From Mobula hypostoma (lineage: Eukaryota): DNA of 64,000 nt. The notes under the pieces are model-generated. The model was not told the origin of the DNA. It made no database searches and worked only from the letters and a program-made list of their open reading frames with translations. The DNA lies in assembly GCF_963921235.1 (NCBI RefSeq), contig NC_086097.1:15562001-15626000 (forward strand), given 5' to 3'. Positions 11,773 to 23,499 of this stretch are shown here, piece by piece (position 1 is the first letter of the stretch; each line of letters begins with the position of its first letter). The position numbers and the translations under genes are program-made.

Positions 11773-13963
11773 AAATATACCTAGAAAAAGCCCCTTTTAT
11801 TCCCACTCGCTGTCTTCTGCCTGTCAGCCATTCTGCTATCCATGCCAGTATCTTTCCTGTAACACCATAGGATTTTATCTTGTTAAGCAGCTCATGTGTG
11901 GCACCTTATCAAATGCCTTCTGAAAATCCAAGTAAATGACATCCACTGACTCTCCTTAGATTTTCAGAAGGCGCTTTATAAGGTGCCACACATGAGGTTG
12001 CTTAACAAGATTAAATCCTATGGCGTTACAGGAAAGCGTCTCTCAAATGTCTCCAACGTATCTGTCTCTGTCATCATCCCTGGCGTGTCCCATGCACCCA
12101 GCACTCTGTACAGAAAAGACAAACTTACCTCTGGCATTCCCCGTCCCCCCCCCATAGTTTTCTCTGATCTCCATTTCTGCCCTGGGGAAAAGGTTACTAG
12201 TTGTCCACTCAATCTGTGCCTTTTATCATCTTGTACACCTCTACCAAGTCACCTCACAGCCTCCATTGTTCCAAAGAGAAAAGCGTTAGCTCACTCAATC
12301 TATCCTTATAAGTTATGCTCAACAAACCAGCCAGCATCCTGGTAAATCTCCCTGTATTCTCTAAAGTTTCCACATTTTCCCTATAATGAGGCAACCAGAA
12401 CTAGAGACAATATTTTAATTGGTGTCAAGCTATGGTTTTATAGAGCTGCAATATCATCTTGTGGCTCTTGAACTTGATCCCCTGACTAATGAAGGCCAAT
12501 GCACCAGACGCCTTATTAACAACAGTCTCATTTTCTCCTGAAATGTTGAGGAGTTAGGAAATGTTGGTGTATGGAAGGATCTTCATGTGTGATTTATGAA
12601 GCTTTTTTTAAAAAAAAAGCAGGAGGAAGAATGCTGAGTTATTATATTATAAAGTAATGAAGTTATTTTATGATTACTAGGTTTTGATGAGATCACAGCT
12701 ACGCTTGCCTTGGTTTAGCATAGGTTCACCAGATTGATCTCAGTCCTGAAACACTGCGCCCAGCATCAACAGTATTGTGGGACAACCTTCATCACAAGGA
12801 CTGCGGTAGTTCAAGAAGATGGTTCACCTCAGCCTTCTCAATAGCAGTTAGGGTTGGGCAATGAATGTTGCTGTTGCCCAGCTTCTTAAAAATGAACTGG
12901 ATGCCAGCAAACCTGCCCCTCTCCCCTTTTCAAATATGCAGCAGGGAAAAGTCTATAGCTGAGAGACTAACACCAGAGGTAGGGACAATATTCGAGGAAA
13001 TTCTGCAGGAAGAATTAATGGTAATTTAGAAAGGCAGCAACTAATCAGAGACAGTGAGCAAGGCTTTGTTAAGGACATCCTGTGCTGAGAAATGGCAGAT
13101 GGGACTTAGTCCTGACAAATGTGATGTGCTGAATTTTAGGACTACTAATGAGACTCGGGGGAAGAGATTTAGAGGGGTATGAGGAGAGCTTCTGCACCCA
13201 GAGATAAGTAAGTGCCTGAAAGAGTGGTTGAAGCTGGATCGCTGGCAGAATTTAAGGGAATTGCTTAGTATAGAAGACTATGGAGCAGGTGCTGGGCGAT
13301 GGGGTTAATACAGAAAATTGCCCAGTAATCAGAATTGATTGAAATTGGTCAAATGGCCTGTGTCCATGCTACACAATTTTGGTACAATAGCTAGTATTCT
13401 CTTGAGGCTGTTGCTGAGCTAGATTATTTTTTAATGACAATTTTCTAATTTCATGATCACTGCACTGGAGTATAAAACCACAGTTATAAGGATGCCTGCA
13501 GCATCTGATGACCCTGTGATCTGTCTCGAAGGCCGACACCAGGCTGTCTTTCAAGAGGGGGAGATGTCAGGACCCAATGGAGTACCTTGTTAGACTGTGA
13601 GAACCTGTGCCAACCAACTAGCGGCGTTATTCAAAGACATTTTCAATCTCTCATTGCTCTAGTCAGAAGTTCCCACCTAGTTCAAATTATATCAGTGCCC
13701 AAGAAGAGCAGCTGCCTTAATGACTGTCATCCAGTAGCACTCACATCTGTGGTGAGGAAATGCTTCGATAGGTTGGTTATGGCTAGAATCAACATCTGTC
13801 TCAGGAAGGACTTGGACCGGGGGGGCGTCACGTGATGACGTGGGATTGAGACGTGTAAATCCAGCTCTCCCGCAACAAATCAGTAAAGTACCGTTTAAAC
13901 AAAACAAAGTTGATAAATATTTTCTGAAAACTATTTATAAACTTTGTAAGACTACTTTACGAT

Positions 13964-15068
13964 ATGCCTCCTAAACCGCAACAAAAGAAGTCTGCTGTTG
14001 CGAAGCAGCCGCGAGAGGGGAAGAAAAAAGGGCCTACTGCAACAATGGAGCCTCGGACTCAGGTTGGATCTCCTTCGGTAGAACAGGGAGCAATGGCGGT
14101 GGTAACGGTTTCTCCGAAGAAGATACCGGAAATGCGCATGCGCAAATCGACACAACGCAAACTACAAGAACCGACAGCCACTGCAATTGAAAATGACTCA
14201 GAGTCAGAATTGGATTCTGCAGAGAACACAGATGAAGAAGAGGAGGAAGAATTGGAAGCGATTGGAAGTAAAGGAGATGATAGAGACATAAGAGAGGCTA
14301 TATTGCAATTAACGGCTAAACTAAGAAAAGTAAGAGAAGAGCTTAGAGATACGAAGATGTGCTATAATAAAGTTATGGAAAGACAGGACAAAATGGATAA
14401 GAAGCTTCAGAAGATGGAAAGAGTAATGGGGCATATGAATGATAGAGTGGAAAAAACAGAAAATGATCTGCTTGTATGGAACTCGGAAAGAAATCGACTC
14501 TTGGAGAAAGTGGACATGTTGGAAAATTTCAGTAGACATAATAATATTAAAATTGTTGGTCTTAAAGAAGGTACGGAGGGAGAAAAACCAATAGAATTTT
14601 TTCAAAGATGGATTCTGGATGTTTTGCAAATGGAAGAGGAGGTTCGACCAATTGAAATTGAGCGGGCACATAGAGCTCTAAGACTAAAACCAAAAGATGA
14701 CCAATATCCACAATCGATTTTAATAAAATTCTTAAGATTTCAAGACAAGGGAAGGATTCTACAGGCAGCTGCTCGAGCTGCCAAGGATAGAAAAGGGCCT
14801 TTGATGATTAAAGAGAACAAAGTTTTTTTCTACCCTGATATAAGTTATGAACTTTTGAAGAGAAGGAAGAAATTAAATCCAGTGAAAAAAAACCCTATGG
14901 GATCATGGTTATCAATTTATACTGCGTTATCCTGCAACCTTGAAGATTTTTTTGCCTGGTGGAGAAAAAAGATTTTTTGATGACTACCAGAAAGCAGAGC
15001 AGTTTGTGCGAGATTCTCTGAATATTCACCAGATACAAGAACAAATCCAGGGGAGCGAGATAGATTGA
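13964..15068 (+). pseudogene. L1 ORF1p (coiled coil + RRM + CTD), one frameshift
   Basis: Motifs LENFSRHNNIKIVGLKEGTEG, IEIERAHR and FFYPDIS. After a frameshift in the A run near 14885-14892 it continues LRYPATLKIF... to TGA 15066-15068. Confidence 0.88.
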
Positions 15069-15210
15069 AGATGAAGATTGGGTTAAAGAATGGACTTGTT
15101 GGATTTTTGAAGCTGGATGAATGTATAAATATATTATTAATTATACGAGGGGGGTAAGAAAGGTTAAAATTGGAGGAATATCAGTTGGGAATAGTAACAC
15201 TAATTTTGTC

Positions 15211-15232
15211 TATATATATATATATATATATA
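15211..15232. repeat. (TA)n microsatellite in the L1 inter-ORF spacer
   Basis: Run of about 11 TA units. Confidence 0.95.
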
Positions 15233-15545
15233 ATTTTTTTTGTTGCGGGGGAGCTGGAAAAAGCACTGATCAATTGCTACGCTAATCATGTGTGCAAGCG
15301 TGGCTTTTGCCACGACCCGTAAAATGGAAGGGGGTAGTGTTGTGTATCTTTTCATTCACAACATTAGTGGGGGGTATTTTGTTTTTTCTTTTTTTGTATT
15401 CTTTCTATCTTTTTTTTTCTTTTTGCCTGGAAGGTTGGGAGGGGAACACATAGCAACATGGTGAAGTTTAAAGAGACTCCCCAGGGAACTATGAGAGTTG
15501 AGAAGATAAGTAATGTTTTAGATTGGAGTAACTTTGTTAAGAATA

Positions 15546-18500
15546 ATGACTAATTTATTGAATTTTTTGAGTTTTAATGTTAATGGGCTTAATGGACCAG
15601 TGAAAAGAAAAAGAATCTTAACACATGTTAAAAAAATGAAGATAGATTTAGCTTTTTTACAGGAAACGCACCTAACAGAAACAGAACATCAGAAACTAAA
15701 GAGAGATTGGGTGGGTAGTGTTGTTGCGGCTTCATTTAATTCAAAAGCGTGGGGAGTAGCAATTTTGATCAATAAAATGTTACCAATTAGAATACAAAAT
15801 GTAATAACTGATTCTGCGGGGAGATATGTGATTATACATTGTCAACTTTTTTCTGAACTATGGACTTTTATGAATATTTATGCACCAAATGAAAATAATG
15901 CAAAATTCATACAAGAAGCTTTTCTGAATTTGGCGGATGCACATGAAAAAATATTAATTGGAGGAGACTTTAATTTTTGCTTAGACCCAGTCTTAGATAG
16001 ATCAACCAAGGCTGTTATAAAATTGAAGGTAGTAAATTTAACTTTATCATTGATGAAGGATTTAAATTTGATTGATATATGGAGAAGAATCAATCCTAAA
16101 GAAAGAGACTATTCGTTCTATTCCCATAGACATAAAACTTACTCAAGGATAGATTTTTTTCTATTATCAACGCATATTCAACACAGAGTGAAAAATATGG
16201 AATATAAAGCAAGAATATTATCAGATCATTCCCCTTTATTAATGACAATAATAATGGCTGATAAGGAAGAAGTGGCTTATAGATGGAGATTTAATGCAAC
16301 ATTATTAAGACGTCAAGATTTTTGTGATTTTATGAAAAAGCAGATTCAATTTTTTTTGGATACAAATTTTCATTCAGTGGATGATAAATTTATATTATGG
16401 GATGCGATGAAAGCATATCTTAGGGGCCAGATAATAAGTTATACGTCTAAAATTAAGAAAGAATATATGGCAGAACTAGATCAATTGGAAAAAGAGATTA
16501 CAAAAATAGAAAAAGAATCTCAAAGATATCTGTCAGAAGAAAAACGAAGACAACTTGTCAATAAGAAGTTACAATATAATACGCTTCAGACATATAGAAT
16601 GGAAAAAGCAATTATAAGAACTAAACAAAGGTATTATGAGTTAGGTGAGAGAGCACATAAAATTCTTGCCTGGCAGTTGAAAACAGAACAAGCTTCCAAA
16701 ACAATAAATGCAATTAGAACAAGGGCAAATAAAATATCTTATAAACCTCTTGAAATAAATGAAACCTTTAAAAATTTCTATTCTGAATTATATCAATCAG
16801 AATCCCAAAATGATGTTAATGAGATAGAAAGGTTTTTATCACAAGTTTCTCTTCCAAAATTGAATTTGGAAGAACAGAAGGGATTAGATATGCCTTTTAC
16901 ATTAAAAGAAGTTGAAGAAGCTTTAGGATCACTCCAAAGTAATAAATCTCCAGGAGAAGATGGTTTTCCACCTGAATTTTATAAAAAAAATTTAAAGATT
17001 TATTATTTCCTCTTTTTATGGAACTAATACGTCAAGCAGAAAAAATACATAAACTTCCAGAATCTTATTCAACAGCGATTGTAATAGTATTGCCAAAAAA
17101 AGACAGAGATCCTATGAAACCAACATCATACAGGCCTATTTCTTTATTGAATACGGATTATAAAATAATAGCAAAAATTTTATCGAATAGATTATCTAAA
17201 TATTTGCCAAAATTAATACATATGGATCAAACAGGATTTATTAAAAATAGACAATTGGCAGATAATGTAACCAGGCTACTCAGTATAATTCATTTGGCAC
17301 AAAAAAGGGACGAGAAGAGTATAGTAGTAGCTTTGGATGCAGAAAAAGCATTTGATAGATTAGAATGGGATTTTTTATTTAAGTATTAGAAAAATATGGA
17401 TTAGGAACATCTTTTATAAATTGGATTAAAACTTTAAATTCTAACCCTAAAGCTAAGTAGTGACAAACTCTCAAATTTCAACACCATTCCAGTTAAAAAG
17501 GTCAACTAGACAAGGTTGTCCATTATCACCTGCTTTATTTGTACTGGCGATAGAGCCATTAGCAGAACTAATCAGAATTGATCCAGATATTATGGGTTTT
17601 AGAGTTAATCAGGAGGAATATAAAATTAATCTTTTTGCTGATGATGTTTTGATCTACTTAACAAACCCACAACATTCGTTACATAAATTATCTTCTAGAT
17701 TGGATGAATATGGGAAGGTATCAGGTTACAAAATAAATTGGGATAAAAGTGAAATTTTACCTCTTACTAAAGGAGACTATAGTCAATGTCGATTAGTAAC
17801 CCAATTTAGATGGCCGGTAAATGGTATAAAATATTTAGGTATAAGACTTGATAATGATGTAAAGAATTTACATAAATTTAATTATTTACCACTATTGAAA
17901 AAAATTCAAGAAGATTTTGACAAATGGATGATACTATCAATAACATTAGTAGGTAGAGTCAATGTTGTAAAAATCAATATATTTCCTAGATTACAGTATT
18001 TGTTTCAAACATTACCAATACAATTGCCACAGAAATTTTTTCAAGAGTTAAATAAATGTGTGAGAAATTTTCTTTGGAAAGGTAAAATGTCAAGAATATC
18101 ATTGGAAAAATTGACATGTAAATTTGGGTTAGGAGGGTTACAACTTCCAAACTTTAAAAACTATTATAAAGCAAATCAGCTTAGATTTATTGCATCTTTC
18201 TTCGATGATTGAAAACCAGCATGGATTAAAATAGAACTAGACAAGATAGGAGAAAATAGACCTGAAGATTTTATATATAAATGGGAATCTAAATGGATAC
18301 GAGAAAAGAAAGAATCTCCTATATTAACACATTTGATTGATCTATGGAATAAGATAAATGTTGATAATGAAACACAGGAATCTCTATTAGCAAGGAGACC
18401 TTTGTTCCAAAACAGACTTATTCCTTTTACAATGGACAATCAACTTTTATATAATTGGTACCAAAAAGGGATTAAATTTGTAGGAGATTGTTTTGAACGA

Positions 18501-19322
18501 GGTATATTGATGTCATTTGAACAATTAAAGGATAAATATAAAATATCAAATAATACTTTCTTTTGTTACTTTCAATTAAGGGCTTACTTAAAAGGTAAGC
18601 TGGGTCAAACAATGTTTTTGCCAAAACCTAATGAAATTGAAATTTTAATTCAAAAAGGGAAAATTAAAAAATTTATTTCTTGTATGTATAATTTGATTCA
18701 AGAACAGACAATTAAACAAGGAACCCATAAGTCAAAGCAAAAATGGGAAACAGATTTAAATATTAATATTGATGAAACAAATTGGTCAAGACTCTGTCTT
18801 GACAGTATGACAAATACAATAAATGTTTGACTTAGATTAGTACAATATAATTTTTTACACCAATTATATATTACACCACAAAAAATAAATAGATTAAATT
18901 CAAATCTATCTGATAAATGCTTTCGGTGTAATCAAGAAATTGCTACTTTTTTACATTCTACTTGGTCTTGTTTTAAAATTCAACCCTTTTGGATAAATTT
19001 AAGAGTCTTATTGGAACAAATTACTGGAACTCAACTTCCACATAACCCTGTATTATTTCTATTAGATGATATTGAAGGGATAAAACCGAAACTTAAATTG
19101 AATAAATATCAGAAAGAATTTATAAAAATTGCATTGGCAGTAACTAAGAAGACTATAGCAGTTACTTGGAAATCTGATTCGTATTTAAGTATGGATCGTT
19201 GGAATAATGAAATGGCTAGTTCTATTCCACTCGAAAAAATTACTTATAATTTAAGAGATAAATATGTAACATTTTTGAATATTTGGCGCCCTTATTTACA
19301 AAAGATAGGATGGCATATTTAA
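15546..19322 (+). pseudogene. L1 ORF2p (APE endonuclease + RT + Cys-rich C-terminus), disrupted
   Basis: Motifs SFNVNGLN, FLQETH, GGDFN, SRIDF, SDHSP, KSPGEDGF, YRPISLLN, LDAEKAFD, RQGCPLSP, LFADD, KYLGI. Several frameshifts and in-frame TGA stops (18210-18212, 18828-18830). Confidence 0.93.
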
Positions 19323-20925
19323 GTGCTCCGATAAAGACCTTGGTCCCTTGGGGAAAGTAACGAATAATTATACCAAATTTATTTTGAATCCCACGGAGCA
19401 TGTGGAAACCTTCCAATACCCAGGCGGTTCTTTTCTTTCTTTCTTTTTTTTTTCTCTTTTCTTCCTTTTTAGGTAGGACTATATATGGGGGGGGGGGAAG
19501 AGGGTTGAGGGGGGAGGGTAGTTTTTATCATTTCCTGTATTCTTCTTGAAAACTCAATAAAAATTATATTACAAAAAAAAGGAAGGACTTGGACCCACTG
19601 CAATTTGCCTATTGCCACGGTAGGTCTACAGCAGACACAATCTCAATGGCTCTCCTTGCGGCCTTGGATCACCTGGACAATACAAATACCTATATCAGGA
19701 TGCTGTTTATTGACTATAGCTCAGTGTTTAACACCATCGCTCCTACGGTCCTGATCGAAAAGGTAGAGAACCTGGGCTTCTGTACCTCCCTCTGCAATTG
19801 GATCCTCAGTTTCCTAACCTGCAGACCACAATCTGTGTGGATCAGAAATAACATTTCCATGTTGCTGGCAATCAATACTGTCACACCATAGGGATGTGTG
19901 CTTAGCCCACTGCTCTACTCTCTCTACACCCATGACTGTGTGGCTAGGCTCAGCTCAAATACCATCTATTAATTTGCTGATGATACAACCATTGTTGGCA
20001 GAATTTCAGATGATGACAAAAGGGTGTACAGGAACGATGTATGCCAGTTAGTGGAGTGTTGTCACTGCAACAACTTTCCACTCAGTATCAATAAGAACAA
20101 AGAGCTGATTGTGGACTTCAGGAAGAGTAAGACGAGGGAACACAGCAATCCTCATACAGGGATTAGAAGTGGAGAGTGAGCAATTTTAAGAGCCTGGGTG
20201 TCATTATCTCTGAGGACCTAACCAGGACCCATCTTATTAAAGCAGCTATAAAGAAGGCAAGTCAGCAGCTATATTTCATTAAGAATTTGAGGAGATTTGG
20301 TTTATCAAATTGAACACTCAAACTTCCACAAATGTACAGTGGAAAGCGTTCTGAGTGGCTTCATCACTGTCTGGTATGGAGGGCTACTGCACAAGATCGA
20401 AGTTGCAGAAACTTGTAAAATTAGCTTCATCATGGGTACTAGCCTTTGTAGTATCCAAGACATCTTCAAGTAGCGGTGCCTTAGGAAGGTGGACTCCATC
20501 ATTAAGGACTACCACCACCCAGGATAAGCCCTCTTCTCACTGCTACTGTCAGGAAGGAGGTACAGGAGTCTGAAGGCACTCACTCAGCGATTCAGGAACA
20601 GCTTCTTCCCCATTGCCATTCAATTTCTAAATGGACGTTGAACCCATGAACACTACCCCACCACTTTTTGTTTTCTGAGTTTTTTTTGCATTACTTATTT
20701 TAACTCAACTATTTAATAGACATATATATACTTACTGTAATTCAGTTTTTTCTCTCTATTTATTTATCATGTATTGCATTGTACTGCTCCTGTAAAGTTT
20801 CCAAATTTCATGACATATGCTGGTGATATTAATCCAGATTCTTAGTCTGATATTATCAAATGTTTTCTTCTCCAGGTTAATTAAAGCATGAGGAAGTTTG
20901 ATTGCTTATTGCTTTCCTTCTGCAG

Positions 20926-21025
20926 GAGCACTTAAAGGAAGCAAATGAGGCTTTGGATTCTGCGTCAAGACTAACTGAGCAGTTGGATCTCAAAGAGGAG
21001 CAGATTGAAGATCTTAAAAAACAAG
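20926..21025 (+). CDS. TRIP11: TRIP11 internal coding exon
   Basis: Acceptor tttccttctgcag|GAG. Encodes [33 protein letters not shown]. Donor G|gtaatt, phase 1. Confidence 0.93.
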
Positions 21026-21271
21026 GTAATTCATTATGTTGCTCCTATAAAATGAATTACTAGAAAGATTCTCCATATTTACCTCAAACTCAATCTTTGC
21101 AATGAAAAATAAATTATAAGGGAAAGGCAAGTGTCTGTAACACAAGAGGTTCTGCAGATGGTGGAAATGTTGAGCAATACACACATATCTTGAGTTGGAG
21201 AAATTCAGCAAGTCAAGCAGCATCTATGGAAGGGAATAAACTTAACATTTTGGGCCAAGATCCTGTCCGTA

Positions 21272-22165
21272 AGATTGAAATTCTTGAAATTCTTCTTCTT
21301 TGCGTAACCATGAAATCAAAAAAGAAAAGAAGGGCAGCGCGATCATCAACCCCCAAAATCCCCCTCCCCGCACTTGAAACTAACGAAAATGGATGAGGCA
21401 CATCGACCCCTTAATCCCTCTTCCTACACAAAGAAAAACAAGAAAGATCGGGCAAAAAAACACAGAATATAAAAAGCTATGAGACTGAAAAGAAAAGTCT
21501 ATAGTCCAAGTCTACATTCAAAACACAGATAACTTGGGGAACACTCTCCAGGTCCAGCGGCAGACCTTTCCCTGTCTGGTACAGGGCAATCGAAAGACAG
21601 CCAGCCGGTGTTCACCACCCATGCTTGGCTTGATGCTTCAATCTCCCTCGTCGTTTTAATCAGCAAACAATGGAAGCTTTACTCAGCAAAATGGAGTCTT
21701 AACAATGGTTTGCCCCTCGTCCTGCAGCCTTCCTGCCATGAATTTTGCACGTACTGAATCTCTCTGCCGGAATCCTCTCAGAGCCTGCAGAGCGCTGAAA
21801 TACCCAAAGGATCTTCAAGCTTCCGCATTCACCTTGATGTTTCAATCTCCCTTGTCGCTTTAATTGGCAAATAATGGAAGATTTAATCAGCGAAATGAAG
21901 TCGCACATGAACTTGCAGCCTGCTCACCATGAGGTTCCTGCATACCGCCTCTTCTTCTTGGAATCCTCTTGAAGACTACAGAGTGCTGGAACGCCCAAAT
22001 GATCTCCAAACAGCAAATCATAGGCTCCAACGGTTCCAGAATCACATCCAAAATGAAAACAAATGTAAAAGGCATAAAAGAAGTGAAATATATGGTTTCA
22101 TGATCTGACCAGGAGATGTCGACCAAAGGATCGTTGTACACAGGCACCATCTTGGCCGGAAGTCA
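21272..22165 (-). mobile_element. Non-coding AAGATGGTGCC-headed element with an internal ~204-bp tandem duplication
   Basis: Minus-strand 5' end gacttccggccaagatggtgcc. Repeat units start at 21629 and 21833. No ORF. Confidence 0.55.
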
Positions 22166-22172
22166 GGATTTA

Positions 22173-22738
22173 TACTTGGTGGTCACTTTGTTAGGTGCAG
22201 AAGTTGAACCCGGTGTGGTCTTCTGCTGCTGTAGCCTATTCACTTCAAGGTTTGACATGTGTGTTCAGAGATGCTTCTTACACCACTGTTGTAACGCATG
22301 GTTGTTTGAGTTACTGTTGCCTTCCTGTCAGCTTGAGCCAGTCTGGCCATTTTCCTCTGACCTCTCACGTTAACAAGGCGTTTTCGCCTGCGGAACAGTC
22401 ATTCACTGGATGTGTTTTTATTTTTTGCACTGTTCTCTGTAAGCTCTAGAGACTATAGTGTGCGAAAATCCCAGGAGTTCAGCAGTTTCTGAGATCCTCA
22501 AGCCATCCCGCCTGGCATCAACAATCATTCCACGGTCAATCACTTAGATCATGTTTCTTCCCTTTTCTGATGCTTGGTCTGATCAACAACTGAACCTGTT
22601 GACCATGTCTGGAGGCTTTTATGTATTAACTTCCCATCACATGATTGGCTGATTAGAACCTTAAACTGGATGGGCTACAGCAGTAGAAGATCACACCGGA
22701 TTCAACTCCTGTACCTAATGGAATGACCACTGATTGTA
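22173..22738 (-). mobile_element. Tc1/mariner-derived MITE with N-terminal transposase remnant
   Basis: TA-flanked degenerate TIRs (tatacttggtggtcactttgttaggtgca / tgtacctaatggaatgaccactgattgtata). Minus strand encodes an HTH remnant RGMIVDARRDGLRISETAELLGFSHTIVSR. Confidence 0.8.
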
Positions 22739-23499
22739 TATTCATTTATCTTCTTGCAAAATCTAGTGAATGCTTCTTGGTGCTTAGCAGCTTTAGTGGG
22801 GGGTGGCAATAAGTCAGGTAGGAGAAAATGGTGTAGTTGGAGGTAGTAATGGTAGGAGGAGGGAAATAAAGGCGAGTGAATACAGAAACCTGTTGTGTTC
22901 CGCAATAGGAGAAGAATGGCCTTCGTAGCAGTCCACCTTTAAGGAACATCTACCCCAATGCTCTTCATTAGAGTGAAACTACCTGGATTGCTCTTACTTA
23001 GACTTGGTACTGACCTGAGTAGTGGGGTCTTGAGAAGTATTGGCCCTCAGAGTAGAAGTCCATAGATCCTTAATGGTGGCAATGTGTATAGGTTATGTGG
23101 TTAGGAAGCCATGGGGTACTCGTCTTCATTACTTGGAGCATTGCATACAGAAGTTATGCTTCAAATGAGAAAACCTTGCTCTGACCTCAACTGGAGTACT
23201 TCACCCAGTTCTGGCCTCCATGGGATAAGAAGAAATTTAGTAGCACTGGAGATGATTCAGTAGAAATTTACCAGAATGTTGCTTGGGATGGAGCATTTCA
23301 GTTATGAGGAGAGCCTGGAGAGGTTTGGGGGAGGGCACGATTGAGATATATAAAACTTTGGAAGTATAAATAGGGTAGACTGCAGGAAACATTTTCACCA
23401 TGAGATGTAAATAAAACTAGTGGATGTTGGTGTTATGTTAAAGAGGGAAAGAGATTCAGAGAGAATATGAGAGGGACCTACACCCAAAGCTTGATAAAT

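Larger units (their letters stand above)
7021..12036 (-). mobile_element. CR1-clade LINE fragment (7021-7907 + 11775-12036) hosting the Penelope element
   Basis: Minus-strand RT remnants (LQQDLDKLEE, KCMITHFG, LDFQKAFDKVPH) and a CR1-type 3' tail (aattaggccattc...ctgctccaccattc). Confidence 0.8.
13819..19580 (+). mobile_element. Full-length L1-clade LINE (~5.76 kb), decayed
   Basis: 16-bp TSD AGGAAGGACTTGGACC at 13803-13818 and 19580-19595. G-rich 5' end, ORF1, inter-ORF spacer, ORF2, AATAAA 19556-19561 and a short A tail. Confidence 0.95.
13515..20845 (+). mobile_element. Rex1/Babar-type LINE fragment interrupted by the L1
   Basis: [22 protein letters not shown] before the L1 continues as LDPLQFAY...RSTADTI...[14 protein letters not shown] after it. 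3' tail near 20820-20845. Confidence 0.85.
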
